Below, piece by piece: positions 28,143-37,949 of a DNA stretch of 64,000 nucleotides. The notes under the pieces were generated by a model, which ran no database searches, was not told the DNA's origin, and was given only the letters and a program-made list of their open reading frames with translations. Positions within the stretch are counted from its first letter, which is position 1. Every line of letters begins with the position of its first letter. The position numbers were made by a program, and so were the translations under genes. This DNA comes from a virus (lineage: Duplodnaviria > Caudoviricetes): the IMG/VR virus record IMGVR_UViG_3300031992_000007, positions 192,001 through 256,000 of that record; one strand, written 5' to 3'.

Positions 28143-29450
28143 TTAACCGATAGATAGGATAACGTAAGACGTTTTCTTCGACTTGGCCACATCCAGCTCA
28201 GTGTAGTACTTCCCTAGAGAGTAGTATCTGTACCAGAGTTTGAAAGTGTCTTCGATATTGGGAGTCATTGACCAACCAGTTAGGTTGTACTGCTCTAGTT
28301 CACTAACTGTAGGAAGACGCACTCTATTTGGAACATTGTCCAGGAAGTCATTAGTTTCCAGGATCATGCTCGTGAAGATAGAGTCTAGTCCATTTAGGTA
28401 GTTGATGAATGTACCATTGAGGTAAGCTCTAGATGTGCTAGTGCTCCACTTGTTACTACCATTGGCAACAGCTTCCATATCTGTTTCCTTGACATAGATA
28501 CCCATGCTGGAAGTGATGTGCGTACCAGTAGGAACGGATGTCACAACGAACAATCCATTCTTCTTGATGTAATACACCTTGGTACCTTTGGCAGGAGCTA
28601 TCTCATCTGTTACAAGGATGTACTGAGCGTGGGCATTATCGAAGGCAAGGTTTGCAACAGTTGACTTACTCCTGAGTGCAACCGACCTAGGTCTAGCTGC
28701 ATCGGTAGAGTGGAACATATCGAACCCTATAACCTCAAAAGAAAAACGTTTGGAACCATTAACCAAGGTTATCTCATCTCCGATGTGGAAGATCTTGTCT
28801 GCAAATCCATTCTGAATCTGGGTTGACATGATCGGTCCCCACTCGGGAGACTGAGGAATAACCTGACAGGTATCATCAGAGGAAACTACTCCATCTGCAC
28901 TGTAAGCGAAGACTTTGTAGCGAGCAGCACCAGAGAGTCGTTCAGGAAGGAGATCAATGAATGCTTCACTCTGTCCCCAGTACTGATCCCTGATAGTGGA
29001 TTCAACTACAACCGTCCCGTCATTTTCATTGGCAGGATAGTCCTGGAACTTACGGACGACACGAGTTTTCTTCCACGCATACCTTCCAGTGTTCTCAGGA
29101 TCTTTCCACCTGAGGATAACAGAAGACTTATCGGGAGACTGAACACATGTGATCTCAGTAGGTATACCAACTCCCTTGGTAGGAGCACTCAACCTAACCC
29201 ACTTGGTAACATCAACATTCTTCTCCGTGGTGAGCACTTCCCCCGGCTGGAACGAGCCTATTCTGACTGACGGGATACAAATCTTGTGCGGGTAAATACC
29301 AACATCAGGAAGTACATCAACGAATTTATACGCCCAACAGATGTCTGTACCATCTGGAATCACTTCCTCGCTACCGATCTTACCTGATCTCGTACAAAAC
29401 TCAGCTTCTGGTGGAATATAAGGAACGAACTTCTCCATGATTCTAGCCAT
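28143..29450 (-). CDS. Tail/receptor-binding paralogue, 435 aa
   Basis: WKDPEN...WKKTRVVRKFQDYPANENDGTVV; GSNKWSTSTSRAYLN; VRLPTVSEL. Confidence 0.7.
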   Translation of the reverse strand: MARIMEKFVPYIPPEAEFCTRSGKIGSEEVIPDGTDICWAYKFVDVLPDVGIYPHKICIPSVRIGSFQPGEVLTTEKNVDVTKWVRLSAPTKGVGIPTEITCVQSPDKSSVILRWKDPENTGRYAWKKTRVVRKFQDYPANENDGTVVVESTIRDQYWGQSEAFIDLLPERLSGAARYKVFAYSADGVVSSDDTCQVIPQSPEWGPIMSTQIQNGFADKIFHIGDEITLVNGSKRFSFEVIGFDMFHSTDAARPRSVALRSKSTVANLAFDNAHAQYILVTDEIAPAKGTKVYYIKKNGLFVVTSVPTGTHITSSMGIYVKETDMEAVANGSNKWSTSTSRAYLNGTFINYLNGLDSIFTSMILETNDFLDNVPNRVRLPTVSELEQYNLTGWSMTPNIEDTFKLWYRYYSLGKYYTELDVAKSKKTSYVILSIG

Positions 29451-29531
29451 GGTTACAAATTCCTTTCTTAGCTAGTGAACCCCATGGAGGGTTCACTAGC
29501 ATGTTTAGATTGTGAACAGCATAAGATGGAA

Positions 29532-29852
29532 TTACGTCTTTGCCTGTTCTTGCATCAACTTGTCCCTGTATGCACAATCTCTTCCTTTGTCTGGATTGAC
29601 TATACACTTCCTGTACGGGCAGTAGAACTGTTCGGACCTAGGAGTTGGAGGCTGGTTCAACTTCTTAAGAACTCCATCGATGATCCTTTCAGCTGGAGAA
29701 GGTGTTAGCTTCTGTAGAGCTGGGCACTGGGAACAGGACTTAAGATAGTTCACTATGCCCGTGTGCCACTTCCACCTGCGCCTGATAGCTAAAGGTGAGT
29801 TGTCAGTTAGATCAGGAAGGTCATGATGCTTCTTTCGCAGGGCTTGAGGCAT
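29532..29852 (-). CDS. Hypothetical Cys-containing protein
   Basis: ORF 29532..29891, probable start MPQALRK; CSQC and CPYRKC motifs. Confidence 0.45.
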   Translation of the reverse strand: MPQALRKKHHDLPDLTDNSPLAIRRRWKWHTGIVNYLKSCSQCPALQKLTPSPAERIIDGVLKKLNQPPTPRSEQFYCPYRKCIVNPDKGRDCAYRDKLMQEQAKT

Positions 29853-30807
29853 TGCTTTTCTTTCCTTTCTTAGATGGTTTTGGAGCTTCAATTTCCTCTG
29901 TCATCTCGTCAGGTGTATTCCCCGATGAGATCTCAATGGTAGCAGCTAAAGGTTTCTTAGCTTCTTCCTCAGGATCTATCTTGGGTTGTGGTTCATCTCT
30001 GTCATCAGGGAGGATGATAGGTTCAGCTGGAACAACTTCCACTCTAACATCTCTGGCAGGAATAGCTTTCTCAGCGTAACCAGGACGATGAGGTGGTTCC
30101 AGTTCCTGTTTAGGTTGCCCGAACAAGAACTTGTCATTCTTAAGAGCCGCTTCTCTTTCCTCTTCTGACATCTTCACGTACCTTACTTCCTCCTGAGGAG
30201 CTTTAGGTAGACTGTCAGCCGGTGGGATATACCTGGGTTTGTCAGGATCAAGATGGTAGCTTGCTGGAGCTTGAGCACGAACGTCCTTAATAAGACTATC
30301 GAAGTCAACTCTAACAGGAGCTGTTCCCATGATCTCAGCTGCAGTTATCTTGTGTTTGAAGAAAGAAGTGTCAACCTTGTCTTTCCTGAGGATGTGGAGA
30401 GAAGCTCCCTGTCTGGCAGCATCGCTTTCCATCCACTTCTTCAACAGTCTTTCTACCTCGATAGACTTTGTCAAGAAGACAGACATCTTCTCACTGTCCA
30501 TCTGAGTAACTGTATAAAGAACTCTAAGGGCTGCAAGGAGTTTAACCAACTCTCTTCTGCACAATGTCTGAAGTCTTTTCCTCTCTTCAGCTAGGTCTTT
30601 GTCGTAGAGATCCAAGGAGTTAGCAACTGCTATATTCTCGTAGATGTACTGAGTGTGATCAGTAATGCACTTACCCAGAGTGTCCCTATAGACTCGACTA
30701 AGTACATTTTCATCCAAAGTAGCTTGCTGCATCAAGATGTGAAGTTCCCTAGATCTCTCTAGAACAGTAAGTGTAGGAGGAGTCCTTTGGTCCCTGGTAG
30801 TTTCCAT
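29821..30807 (-). CDS. Avd-like (DGR accessory variability determinant / four-helix-bundle) protein with a Pro/Glu-rich C-terminal extension
   Basis: The N-terminal ~120 aa (LTVLERSREL...YRDTLGKCI...IYENIAVANS...ERKRLQ...LLAALRVL...EVERLLKKWMESD) fit the Avd/IVP four-helix-bundle pattern; TAATG overlap with the upstream gene fixes the start. Confidence 0.6.
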   Translation of the reverse strand: METTRDQRTPPTLTVLERSRELHILMQQATLDENVLSRVYRDTLGKCITDHTQYIYENIAVANSLDLYDKDLAEERKRLQTLCRRELVKLLAALRVLYTVTQMDSEKMSVFLTKSIEVERLLKKWMESDAARQGASLHILRKDKVDTSFFKHKITAAEIMGTAPVRVDFDSLIKDVRAQAPASYHLDPDKPRYIPPADSLPKAPQEEVRYVKMSEEEREAALKNDKFLFGQPKQELEPPHRPGYAEKAIPARDVRVEVVPAEPIILPDDRDEPQPKIDPEEEAKKPLAATIEISSGNTPDEMTEEIEAPKPSKKGKKSNASSPAKEAS

Positions 30808-31079
30808 TATCGTATCCCCCAATTTTTAACAGGTAAGTGTTGTCTTGGAATAGGACTACTGGGAATATAGAGATCAGAATAAATGTACCTACGAAACGCT
30901 GATTCGAGATATGAAGCATGTCCGTATCTGACTCGTGGTATCTGTGTTTCCAACGACCCAGACAAAACTCTACGTCTCAGCTGTGCGTTTTCGACTATAT
31001 CGAGGATCTTCTGTCCGTCTCTATCGGAGAGTTCTACAAGCTCAGATTCGCCACCATTAACGGCTAATTCTAGTAACAT
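30807..31079 (-). CDS. Hypothetical protein, 90 aa
   Basis: AGGAGG RBS; stop overlaps the next start. Confidence 0.6.
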   Translation of the reverse strand: MLLELAVNGGESELVELSDRDGQKILDIVENAQLRRRVLSGSLETQIPRVRYGHASYLESAFRRYIYSDLYIPSSPIPRQHLPVKNWGIR

Positions 31080-31091
31080 GATTAACCTCCT

Positions 31092-31703
31092 TCATCTACA
31101 AAGGTAGGACAGCATAGCTTCTCTACGCCATGTCCTAAGTCTAACTTCCTTCTTAACCAACTTGAGAAGTACCTTGATAGCTTTGTTCTTCAGCCTTAAG
31201 AACTTCTTTAGGTTATACATCTCATTCAGTGTCTTGTCAGACATGGGACCAGATGCAGCCACAGCTCGTTCATAATACTTAAAGTACTCTGATGGACGGT
31301 ATGCATTGGAACCACCAGGGAACGCATGACGTACAACGTATTCGCTACAGCTCGGATCAAATGCATAACTAACAACGTAGATCATGTCTTCTGCAATGTA
31401 GAAGTACACCTCTTCAACTCTGTTCAGTTCAACAATAAATGCCGGCTTGTCTGACTTATAGACTAGCACATTACCACTTTCGATCTGATAAACAGTTCTC
31501 ACCATCCCTGTAGCAGCTCCGAAGTGGGATAGTTCACCTACAAAGTTGTAAAGAGATTTAAGACACGCTCTATGATTGACATATTCCTTCAGTATGTTCT
31601 CACGAACTTTCTCACTCTTGACTATCAGTCTGCGTTCATGTCTGGCAGACCAATTCTTGAGGTTCTCGAAGAACGATTTGTTGTTAAATAACCATTTGAA
31701 CAT
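31092..31703 (-). CDS. Hypothetical protein, 203 aa
   Basis: AAGGAG RBS; operonic. Confidence 0.65.
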   Translation of the reverse strand: MFKWLFNNKSFFENLKNWSARHERRLIVKSEKVRENILKEYVNHRACLKSLYNFVGELSHFGAATGMVRTVYQIESGNVLVYKSDKPAFIVELNRVEEVYFYIAEDMIYVVSYAFDPSCSEYVVRHAFPGGSNAYRPSEYFKYYERAVAASGPMSDKTLNEMYNLKKFLRLKNKAIKVLLKLVKKEVRLRTWRREAMLSYLCR

Positions 31704-31787
31704 CTTGGATTCTCCTTTCGAAATAGTTGATATAACATCTAAAAAGAAAACAAAAAAGAAATCCCCACTGGATGTGGGGCTCTTTGA

Positions 31788-32237
31788 TCACACTGTACCT
31801 TCCATGTAGTGTGCCAGATAGTCATACGGATCTTCGTGACCCTCGTAGTTCGTCAAACGACATATGCTCCCATCAGACATAACTCCTACTGGGAATCCAC
31901 ATTCGTTGATGGCTGCTCGGATTATACGATCGAACTGCTCGACTCTGAGCATCTTTCCTGTATACCCCAGACTATCCAACCTCTGTGAGAGGTCAGCCCA
32001 GATTTTGCGTACTGCACCGAAGAATTCTCTAGGATTCCTGTCAGTGTAAGCAGCGGTAAATTCCATCGGCGGGAACTGTTTGTAACCTTCGATGGGTTTA
32101 AGGGGTGCTACAGACTCTTCCACGGACTGTGGACGGTGGTATAGCTGTTTAGGGAATGTCACCTTCACCTCTAACCAGCTTTGTGCCAGTGTGTATGATA
32201 CACGTGCCGACACCAGATAGTTTGTATTTACATCCAT
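31788..32237 (-). CDS. Hypothetical early protein
   Basis: AAGGAG RBS before MDVNTN; early-like promoter ATATACATTAC at about 32276-32286. Confidence 0.6.
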   Translation of the reverse strand: MDVNTNYLVSARVSYTLAQSWLEVKVTFPKQLYHRPQSVEESVAPLKPIEGYKQFPPMEFTAAYTDRNPREFFGAVRKIWADLSQRLDSLGYTGKMLRVEQFDRIIRAAINECGFPVGVMSDGSICRLTNYEGHEDPYDYLAHYMEGTV

Positions 32238-32353
32238 GTTTCTCCTTGAGTTGGTTGTGGTATTATACATCTAGGTAATGTATATCTAAGGGGTTTCCAT
32301 TAACATTTTCGGGAAGGCTGCCCTTTCAGGCGTAAGTTAGAAGATTGGAGATT

Positions 32354-32387
32354 GGGAATTGAAGAGGGGTGGATAGGGAGAAGGGGG
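32354..32387 (+). other. G-quadruplex-like motif downstream of the variable tail gene
   Basis: GGG-aattgaaga-GGGG-tggata-GGG-agaa-GGGGG in a purine-skewed intergenic stretch. Confidence 0.4.
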
Positions 32388-32492
32388 TAGAAGAATTCCA
32401 GAAGTTTGTAGAAGTTTGATACAAAGAACATCTTGGAGATAACCAGTTTAGTCTGAAAGAAGGATAAGTTGATTAATGAATAGATATGTGAG

Positions 32493-32518
32493 CCCTACCT
32501 GCCCGAAGGCAGGTAGGG
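32493..32518 (-). terminator. Hairpin just downstream of the 1412-aa gene
   Basis: CCCTACCTGCC-cgaa-GGCAGGTAGGG. Confidence 0.65.
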
Positions 32519-32573
32519 ACTCTGATCTCTTCTTAGATTGTTCACTTCGTGAAGACGGCTGATCCTATCAGGC

Positions 32574-35500
32574 TTACCCAATAGTAATCAGCGGGGAGAG
32601 CCTATGTTTATTCCATATGAGGTTCTCAGCCATGCCAATAGGGTACTGTTTGTGTGAATACCCTATAGAACTCATAGTTCCATTACTAGGAACCTTCTGA
32701 GTGTCAGCAGGAGTCTGGGCACTGTTGTAAGACCATATTTCACCTCCGGCGGAGCGGAGCCACCAGTACTGGGCAGCAGTCGTCGAATCGCTGTACCCAT
32801 TCGCCAGATGCTGCCCAAGAGTGAGAGAATACTTGATGCGACTGTCATTCAAACTCGTGGCTCCGAACACCGCGAAGTTCTTATTGCACATCGCCCATTT
32901 CTTCAACCCGTACTTGTGGCCTTCCTGGTAGGGAATACCGTACCTGTTCTCATCGGCAACACCGAAGGTAATCCAACGACCGTTCGCTTCACCCGACCAT
33001 TCCTCGTAAACTCCGTTGTTGGCGGCGACGCCGCCAACAATCTGATTCGTCGACATGAGCCAGACCTTATCCACGCTCACGGTGCCACCGAGGTTGCCCT
33101 CTTTCACACCGGCACGAGGATAGAAGTCGAATGCACCAGTCGTACCGTACAGACCGTTGCGGTTGACTACAGGAACGATCGCGTTGAGGAAGTCATACGC
33201 ATCTTGGAGATCCGTCTTGTAGTTCGGGTTGACTTCATAGAGTCCGCACGCGTAAGGTTTGTTGGTACCGATATTGGTAACCTCCTCATACCTACCATAG
33301 AGATTCCTCTTGAAGTACGTCTTCCCTTCTACAGGAGACATATCTGCAGAACGCTTGTACTGACAATCAATGAACCCGTGGAGGAAGGACTGTCTGGGTG
33401 TACGCTGACGGGTGGTAACTGTGACTCCAGTCGTGGTTCCGGATTTTGTACCCTCGACCAGCACTATTCCACTCGCCCATCCCTGATTAGTATCAGCGAT
33501 GTTCGTTTCGTTAGTGTAGGGCGATTTGTTCTTGATCGCTCCAGTAAGCATGTACGTGCTATTCCCAGCAACACCTTTGTCAATGTAGACCATCTTGTAC
33601 ATTTCAGCAAGCTGATCGTACTTGAGTCCGTTGTTGACAGAAGGCTGTTCCGTCCACCACTGATCACCCTCGGTGAAGACAGGCACCCAGTTCCCGTTTT
33701 CATACTTGTACTGCATGACTGGAGATGCGCCGTAATTCCAGTATTTGCTAGGCTGGTTGAGATCCAGCTTCACACCTACAGGAACACCACCATCGATCTT
33801 CGTGTAGACAGGCTGTTTGCCGTTGTGAGCAATACTCCAGTCCTTGATGCTTGTGTTCTTCAGCCAGTGGTTGGAGTCAACAGCACCAGATGTAGACGTT
33901 TCTGTGAGCCTGACATACCCACCAGAGACGAACTTGTAGTAGACTCTGGAAGTTACGAAGTTGACATCAGCAGTTTCGACGTACTCCTTGGATGTATCGA
34001 AAGGTCCGTTGAGGTAGCAGCGGACATTCGACTGACACCAAACGTGGTTACCATAGGCAACACGTTCCAGGTTGGGAGTCTTGTTGAACAACCAGACGCG
34101 GAAGTTTCCATTGACGTTCTGGATCGGACCTTCGAAGACATCCGTAGTACGGAAGCAGAAGTTGGATCCCGAACCAGCACTGCTAGCGGCACTCTTGGAA
34201 GGGCTATATGTGCTCCCAGAAGCCCAGCTCGGGGTAGCTCCGAATATGTCCTTAGTGATAGGAATGTACTCGCCACTAGCGTCGAGCGCACCCATCGTCC
34301 AGACATAGTCATTAGCTGTTTTCTTCTTGGCAACGAAGTATCCCTGACCAGCACGAATAGGAACCAGATCACCGACAGAATACGTACCCGCGTAGGTAGC
34401 CGACTGAGCCGAAGTGATGGTAACGGATGTTGCAGAGGTGAAGTCCATCTTGATCCACGACGGAGTGTAGTAGCCGCTGACGGAAGCATTGTGAGCTACA
34501 CGTACACGACGATACACGTAGGGATCAGAATAGTCACCAACTGTGGTCTCATTAGAACCGCCACCAAGACGTTCATAGTAGAAGACACCAGGTTCGGACT
34601 TCTGACTTGATCCGCACGCCACCCATGTTGCCAGCCAGTACACTTTACCAGCGACGAACGTCTCATCCTGCGTAGGCATTTTGAGAAGAGGTTCGAGCGT
34701 CGGGTCAGCACCGCACACCTTGGAGAGGTTCATGTTCGGCGTTGTGGATATGCTGTAGTCCCCATCAACGTACTGTTGACACTTAGCCTTGACTTCGGCA
34801 GTCGCGTTCCGGTTGCCGAATATGCACGCGTAGATGTTGCGCAGATCGTCAGAGCAGTCGCGCATGTACACACGATACTCCGTGACGTAGTTCGTCTGCT
34901 TACTTGCAGCCGCATCTACTACATGCTTGCTGATAAGGGTTTCAGCAGGAACGAAGTACTTGATCAAGGAACTGTAGCTGGTACCAAAGATCAGGTCTTT
35001 CGTATCCTTTACCTTCCGAACTGGCATGAAGTAATCAGCCAGATGATTCGCACGAGGAGTGCAGGAACCGAGGTTCATCGTACCATCATCGATACAGTTC
35101 GCTCCCTTTCCAGTCCTCCGACAACCCGCACCCCAGGCATCCGTAACAGCTTCCAACGCCTCTGGGTTGTACATGCCGTTCTTTCCGGTGGGGTTAGTCT
35201 TGGAGTAGTACTTGTTTGAACCAGTGGATGCTGAATACAGTGCCTGTATGGCGCAGACCTTAGATGCAGACTCATACACCGTACCAGATACTGCATCACC
35301 AACGACTACAGTTTTCACTGTACCAGTATCGTTGGAGTAGTAGGTCTTGTTGGGCTGATACACAACATCCTTAGTGACGATGAAGTCGGCAGAACCCGTA
35401 GACCTACGAAGGTCGGAGCATATCACATTGCCACCATACTGAATAGAAGTTCCGCCGGGGACAACACGAGTCGCTTCCACGAACGGATTACGATACACAG

Positions 35501-36812
35501 TAGTGTACGGGAGTTCGCACTCACAAGGTGCGTTGGTAACAGACCACTTACCCCACGTCAGGCTAGCCACACCGTACGTTTCGGAACTTGCCGAGCCGTA
35601 CTCATCATTTTCCCGATTAGCATCGAATACTGTCTCGACGTAATGGTTGTAGGCCTGTTCCTGTGCGTACACTTCTTTGTGGGGAGTCGTAGCTGTATAC
35701 TCTGTGGTATTCAGCTTTATACAAGCGAAATAGACTCGGTTCAAATCACGAACGCTATCCCGAGTTGCAGCTCCTGCCCTCTCGTTGGTATCAAATACGT
35801 AACCAACGCCGTAGTGATCCCACCAGGAGTAGAGGTACTTAGACTGAAGAGTCATCGTGAACTTGACCTTCGAGTCATAAGGCTCGACGTTATCGAAGTC
35901 AACAACTTCGAAAGCCATGTCACCATAGTCGCCGTGATACGGGAGAGTGAGGATGGTTCCTATAGGGAAGTAGTCTTCCGCGATACCATTCTGCACCAGT
36001 TCCTTGATACCAGCCCAGTTGAGCAGGCAGTTCTGGTACGCGTAGTACGGAACACCCTTCTTGAACTCACGGAAACCAGCGTCGCCGATGGTCCAGTTGT
36101 CGGTGTTGTTCGGATCAACCAGTTCGTATTTGTACAAACCAGTTTCCGTATCCAGCATTCTGAAGTAGTAGTCACGATAGACTGGCTGACCTTCAGTGTC
36201 CAGAGTGTACGGATGAGCATCACTCGTGATGATGTAGTTAAAACCAGCAACACGACCGTTCTGATCGTCGTTGGTAATAGCATCATCGTCAGAGTACGGG
36301 AAGAGTTTGAAGTAGTGCTTTCTCGCACTGTTGTCCTGGAGTGTCATGCTGAATGAACCAAATGCAGCATAAGCATTCCTGGACTCGTTCGTGCAGAGAA
36401 CAGTACCGTCGTTCACAGTCAGAGGCATGTGACCAACCTGATGGACGAGAACAGTCTTCTTCCAGTGGGTGATTTCAGAGCCGACGATAACATCATCGGG
36501 GTCCTCCCAGGCCATGATGACTCGGAGCTGAGTACCATCGTCGTACATGCTGATACGAATGTTCTTGCAGTTACCCACAGAGAACCGACCAACATGCAGA
36601 TCCATCCAGTAATAAAGACCAGTTTCGGAGTCCTGAGCGCACTTGTAGAAGTGTGACTTGACGTAGCCGTCCTGGGAACCATCGAGCAGGTAAACTATGC
36701 CGAAGTTTTCAGCAGAAGCAGTAGGCAACTGCATGGTCACACGAGGCATGTTCTCCAGATCGAACTCAGTTGGAATCCACTCGTGATTCCGGATCGTATC
36801 CAATTGTTTCAT
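32574..36812 (-). CDS. Large tail/receptor-binding protein, 1412 aa, with a DUF6273/C-type-lectin-like C-terminus; expression locus of the cassette system
   Basis: FN3-like N-terminal motif shared with paralogues; GNHVWCQSNVRCYLN; DKVWLMS; terminal YWWLRSAGG...HRLSPLITIG; its last variable segment is duplicated at 51698-51857. Confidence 0.85.
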   Translation of the reverse strand: MKQLDTIRNHEWIPTEFDLENMPRVTMQLPTASAENFGIVYLLDGSQDGYVKSHFYKCAQDSETGLYYWMDLHVGRFSVGNCKNIRISMYDDGTQLRVIMAWEDPDDVIVGSEITHWKKTVLVHQVGHMPLTVNDGTVLCTNESRNAYAAFGSFSMTLQDNSARKHYFKLFPYSDDDAITNDDQNGRVAGFNYIITSDAHPYTLDTEGQPVYRDYYFRMLDTETGLYKYELVDPNNTDNWTIGDAGFREFKKGVPYYAYQNCLLNWAGIKELVQNGIAEDYFPIGTILTLPYHGDYGDMAFEVVDFDNVEPYDSKVKFTMTLQSKYLYSWWDHYGVGYVFDTNERAGAATRDSVRDLNRVYFACIKLNTTEYTATTPHKEVYAQEQAYNHYVETVFDANRENDEYGSASSETYGVASLTWGKWSVTNAPCECELPYTTVYRNPFVEATRVVPGGTSIQYGGNVICSDLRRSTGSADFIVTKDVVYQPNKTYYSNDTGTVKTVVVGDAVSGTVYESASKVCAIQALYSASTGSNKYYSKTNPTGKNGMYNPEALEAVTDAWGAGCRRTGKGANCIDDGTMNLGSCTPRANHLADYFMPVRKVKDTKDLIFGTSYSSLIKYFVPAETLISKHVVDAAASKQTNYVTEYRVYMRDCSDDLRNIYACIFGNRNATAEVKAKCQQYVDGDYSISTTPNMNLSKVCGADPTLEPLLKMPTQDETFVAGKVYWLATWVACGSSQKSEPGVFYYERLGGGSNETTVGDYSDPYVYRRVRVAHNASVSGYYTPSWIKMDFTSATSVTITSAQSATYAGTYSVGDLVPIRAGQGYFVAKKKTANDYVWTMGALDASGEYIPITKDIFGATPSWASGSTYSPSKSAASSAGSGSNFCFRTTDVFEGPIQNVNGNFRVWLFNKTPNLERVAYGNHVWCQSNVRCYLNGPFDTSKEYVETADVNFVTSRVYYKFVSGGYVRLTETSTSGAVDSNHWLKNTSIKDWSIAHNGKQPVYTKIDGGVPVGVKLDLNQPSKYWNYGASPVMQYKYENGNWVPVFTEGDQWWTEQPSVNNGLKYDQLAEMYKMVYIDKGVAGNSTYMLTGAIKNKSPYTNETNIADTNQGWASGIVLVEGTKSGTTTGVTVTTRQRTPRQSFLHGFIDCQYKRSADMSPVEGKTYFKRNLYGRYEEVTNIGTNKPYACGLYEVNPNYKTDLQDAYDFLNAIVPVVNRNGLYGTTGAFDFYPRAGVKEGNLGGTVSVDKVWLMSTNQIVGGVAANNGVYEEWSGEANGRWITFGVADENRYGIPYQEGHKYGLKKWAMCNKNFAVFGATSLNDSRIKYSLTLGQHLANGYSDSTTAAQYWWLRSAGGEIWSYNSAQTPADTQKVPSNGTMSSIGYSHKQYPIGMAENLIWNKHRLSPLITIG
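32595..32754 (-). repeat. Variable region of the 1412-aa gene; 160-bp exact inverted copy of 51698-51857
   Basis: Base-by-base comparison: CTCCGCCGGAGGTGAAATA...AAACATAGGCTCTCC is identical at both loci. Confidence 0.95.
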
Positions 36813-36919
36813 TTGACGTCCTTCACTTTTTAAGTTAGGGGATTAAACAAGCATAACATAGAGCTAAGTTGGTTCCATTTTATGTAAACTTTTATTAAAG
36901 GAAAAGGAGCAATCCGCTT

Positions 36920-37888
36920 ATGATCCGACAAATGTACGACCCGTTTAATTCGGTCATGTACGGGTTCGATGACTCCATCATCTCCATGATGGTTAGTCAG
37001 GCCTGTTACACAAAAGCTGAAGTCGACAGCAAGATCTCCTCTGTATTCAAGATCTGTGGTGAGAAAGCCACTGTTTCTGAACTACCTGCCACAGGCTCCA
37101 TCGGCGATGTGTGGATAATCACTGAGACGCATGACGAATACACCTGGGTAAAAGCTGGCAGGTGGGAACAACTCGGACCACTTATCGATACCTCTGCTTT
37201 CGCCACTGTTGCTTGGGTTAAGGAATACCTTGGACAGCTTCCTTCTCAATACAACTCCTTTGCAGAATACTTAACAGCTCTTGCTCAAGGTATTACGTCT
37301 GCCAACAACAAAGCCCAGACAGCATTGGATAAAGCCAACGCGGCTGTTACCAACGAGAATTTCGAATCGTTCAAGTCTCAGAACACTCAGGCTATCAATA
37401 ATGCCAAGAAGGCTGGAACTGATGCGCAAGCAACAGCTAACACTGCCAAGTCTACAGCGGATGCTGCACTGCCCAAGACTGAATTCGAAACCTTCAAATC
37501 CTCTAACACAACTGCTATCAACGCGGCCAAGAAGAGTGGTGATGATGCAGCTGCTGCTGTCAATAGCTTCAAGGAAGCTCAGTTAGTCTTCGAGACAACC
37601 GTCGCTTCTATAGAGAAACTCGATGGTAGTGTCAAGGTTGTTACTCAGGATGCTGTCTTCAGCAGAAGGAAAACTTACTATAAGCTTGTTGAGGAAGAAT
37701 ATGTTCCCCTCGTGCTTGGTACAGACTACCTTCCTACTTTGGCAGTTGCTGACTTCGAAGGAACTGTGTACGAAGATCGTGGTGTTAGTGTGAACGAGCT
37801 GATCGGTAAGATCAATGAACTCGTTGATGCTGGCAACATGCTTATTGCGGCTCACAAACAAGAGGCTGCTGCCAACGAAGGCGAATAA
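36920..37888 (+). CDS. Tail fibre-like coiled-coil protein, 322 aa
   Basis: AAGGAG RBS; YTKAEVD and ELPATGSIGDVW motifs; Ala-rich tandem repeat (FESFKSQNTQAINNAKKAG / FETFKSSNTTAINAAKKSG). Confidence 0.7.
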   Translation: MIRQMYDPFNSVMYGFDDSIISMMVSQACYTKAEVDSKISSVFKICGEKATVSELPATGSIGDVWIITETHDEYTWVKAGRWEQLGPLIDTSAFATVAWVKEYLGQLPSQYNSFAEYLTALAQGITSANNKAQTALDKANAAVTNENFESFKSQNTQAINNAKKAGTDAQATANTAKSTADAALPKTEFETFKSSNTTAINAAKKSGDDAAAAVNSFKEAQLVFETTVASIEKLDGSVKVVTQDAVFSRRKTYYKLVEEEYVPLVLGTDYLPTLAVADFEGTVYEDRGVSVNELIGKINELVDAGNMLIAAHKQEAAANEGE

Positions 37889-37891
37889 ACA

Positions 37892-37920
37892 AGAGGGTGG
37901 GTGTTCGCCACCCACCCTCT
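37892..37920 (+). terminator. Hairpin
   Basis: AGAGGGTGGGTG-ttcgc-CACCCACCCTCT. Confidence 0.6.
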
Positions 37921-37949
37921 AACGTCATTAAAAATTAAAGGAGTTTCTC

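Noticed and set aside
32808-34610. Long antisense ORFs (e.g. 32808-34610, 38991-40673, 20664-22085, 55428-56888)
   Set aside because: Shadow frames opposite strongly codon-biased genes, with no RBS or recognisable motifs.
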